44,502 nt of DNA from positions 1 through 44,502 of the forward strand of contig JAHJUH010000067.1 in assembly GCA_018829245.1 (NCBI GenBank), read 5' to 3'. Source of the stretch: Patescibacteria group bacterium. GTDB taxonomy: Bacteria > Patescibacteriota > Minisyncoccia > Portnoybacterales > UBA2143. The notes beneath the pieces were generated by a model. It was not told the origin of the DNA, ran no database searches, and saw only the letters and a list, made by a program, of their open reading frames with translations. The position numbers and the translations under genes are program-made. Every line of letters starts with the position of its first letter. Positions within the stretch are counted from its first letter, which is position 1. Positions 43,145 to 44,502 of this stretch are shown here, piece by piece.

Positions 43145-44502
43145 ATGAAAGTTATTCTTGTTTCCCCTTCATTTAATGTTCATACTGTTGCACCTCCTTT
43201 AGGACTAGGCTATATTGCCTCAGTCCTTTTGAATAATGGCCACCAAGTTGAAATACTAGATCCTTCAAAAGAAAAGCTGTCTCTTGATGAGATTACCGAG
43301 ATTATAATCACTAAAAATCCAGATGTCTTGGGTTTAAGTATCCTTACTCCCAGATATAATACTAGCAAAGAATTAATTGCTAAGGTTAAAGAAAAAGCAC
43401 CTCAAATTAAAATAATTGTTGGTGGCGCCCATATTTCTGCCTTGCCAGAAATATCAATTCAAGATATCAAAGCCGATTATGCTGCAGTCGGTGAAGGAGA
43501 ATACACTTTACTTGAACTTCTAGAACATCTTCAAGGAAATAGAAAATTAGAAGATATTCCTGGTTTGATATATTATCAAGATGGAATAATTAAATCTAAT
43601 CTTCGACGACCTAATATTGAAAACTTAGATTCAATTCCTTTCCCAGCTTGGCATTTAATGGATCCTCGTGAATATCCACCAATGCCCCATCAATTCTTTT
43701 TTAAAAAATATCCTGTCGCCCCAATCATGACTACTCGAGGTTGTCCTCATATCTGTAGTTTTTGTGCCGCAGAATCAATTTGGGGTAGGAAATATAGGAC
43801 TAGAAGCGTTAAAAATATTGTTGATGAAATTGAACTTTTAGTCACTAAGTATGGAGTTAAAGAAATACATATTGAAGATGATAACTTCACTTTAATTAAA
43901 AAACATGCCCTAGATGTTTGCAATGAGATAATTAGACGTAAATTAGATATTGTTTGGAAATGCCCTAATGGAGTCCGAGCTGATAGCTTAGACGATGAAT
44001 TGCTAGCCAAAATGAAAGAATCTGGTTGTTATCAATTAGCTTTTGGGATTGAATCAGGAAATCAAGAAATACTTAACAGTGTTAATAAACATCTAGACCT
44101 TAAGATTATACCTGAGGCAGTCAGAAGAGCTAAGGATGCTGGATTAGAGGTTCACGGGTTCTTTATGATTGGTTTCCCAAATGAAACATTTCAAACAGCC
44201 ATGGATACAATAAGATTTTCTAGGTCTATTGGTCTTGATGTAGCTAATTATGCTACCTTAGCTTATCTACCTGGGTCAGCTCTTTTTAGGGAATACATTA
44301 AAAACAAAAAAACCGACTCCATAGATTGGGGAAGTATTAACTATTATACACCCCAAGCTACGGTCGGCCTCACTTCAGATCAACTTAAAAAAATTCAAAG
44401 AAAAGCTTTACTTAGATTCTACTTTTCTCCGAAAGTCTTAATCGGTCATCTTTTTAAATTAAAACTTAAACAAATACCCTATTTACCCAAAGCCATGTTT
44501 AA
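43145..44502 (+). CDS. B12-binding domain radical SAM protein (class B), paralog R7; 3' end lies outside the window and it is absent from the ORF track
   Basis: I translated it by hand from ATG 43145 with no stop to the window end. MKVILVSPSF, PPLGLGYIAS, DVLGLSIL, IIVGGAHIS, AAVGEGE. Cluster motif GCPHICSFC, IEDDNF, C-terminal LLRFYFSPKV. Confidence 0.85.
   Translation, partial: MKVILVSPSFNVHTVAPPLGLGYIASVLLNNGHQVEILDPSKEKLSLDEITEIIITKNPDVLGLSILTPRYNTSKELIAKVKEKAPQIKIIVGGAHISALPEISIQDIKADYAAVGEGEYTLLELLEHLQGNRKLEDIPGLIYYQDGIIKSNLRRPNIENLDSIPFPAWHLMDPREYPPMPHQFFFKKYPVAPIMTTRGCPHICSFCAAESIWGRKYRTRSVKNIVDEIELLVTKYGVKEIHIEDDNFTLIKKHALDVCNEIIRRKLDIVWKCPNGVRADSLDDELLAKMKESGCYQLAFGIESGNQEILNSVNKHLDLKIIPEAVRRAKDAGLEVHGFFMIGFPNETFQTAMDTIRFSRSIGLDVANYATLAYLPGSALFREYIKNKKTDSIDWGSINYYTPQATVGLTSDQLKKIQRKALLRFYFSPKVLIGHLFKLKLKQIPYLPKAMF

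Noticed and set aside
1098-44010. Short tracked ORFs embedded in larger genes: 1098-1286, 3914-4135, 6083-6280, 9427-9624, 11484-11831, 15864-16121, 17331-17528, 18501-18746, 19497-19688, 20085-20270, 29845-30075, 30819-31040, 40082-40264 and 43747-44010.
   Set aside because: Each lies antisense to, or out of frame within, a long ORF with clear family motifs. Their translations are low-complexity with no recognisable motifs. Such shadow ORFs are expected in AT-rich DNA.
1-44502. Alternative genetic code (UGA or UAG reassignment) as the explanation for the in-frame TAG at 19337-19339.
   Set aside because: TGA terminates genes at canonical ATGA junctions (for example 37045, 30875, 4474-4476). 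TAG terminates the gene ending at 984. All other genes are intact long ORFs in code 11. One internal TAG is better explained by mutation or sequencing error.
1-44502. CRISPR arrays, tRNA/rRNA genes, prophage or transposon content.
   Set aside because: I saw no regularly spaced direct repeats, no cloverleaf-capable GC-rich ~75-nt segments in the tiny intergenic regions, and no integrase, transposase or phage structural motifs in any ORF.

Overview
This is an AT-rich (roughly 20-30% GC in most spot-counted 60-nt lines), very gene-dense bacterial window. It uses the standard code: TAA, TAG and TGA all terminate long ORFs. Nearly all 44.5 kb is one cell-envelope glycan biosynthesis island. I found no rRNA, tRNA, CRISPR array, transposase or integrase.

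Layout:
- a plus-strand operon (2-7871);
- a ~34 kb minus-strand run of 30 genes plus 2 pseudogene scars (41933 down to 7830) with almost no intergenic DNA;
- a second plus-strand operon (41956 to the window end).

Content:
- a partial initiating phosphoglycosyl transferase;
- 4 intact GT2 and 8 GT4/GT-B glycosyltransferases;
- 4 large polytopic GT-C-like membrane proteins;
- three flippase-like types (Wzx/MOP, UPF0104/MprF-like, SMR/ArnE-like);
- sugar-tailoring enzymes (two SDR enzymes, a CE4 deacetylase, an AsnB-type amidotransferase);
- 7 SAM methyltransferases and a nitroreductase-fold protein;
- 9 radical SAM enzymes: 7 paralogous B12-binding (class B) proteins and 2 SPASM-domain proteins. 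One B12-type gene (43145-44502) is missing from the supplied ORF track because it runs off the window.

Main second-look items:
1. The radical-SAM-saturated glycan locus itself.
2. Four short GC-rich hairpin or palindromic elements sit in frame inside coding sequences at 38.9-42.1 kb. One is a perfect 44-bp palindrome. Another is a motif pair translated in two different frames.
3. An in-frame TAG truncates one B12-radical SAM gene.
4. Two pseudogene scars (GT2 and wzx remnants) bracket a methyltransferase.
5. A nitroreductase is translationally coupled to a B12-radical SAM gene.
6. A methyltransferase-to-SPASM gene pair occurs twice.

The style would fit a small-genome uncultivated bacterium (for example CPR/Patescibacteria), but taxonomy cannot be established from this window.
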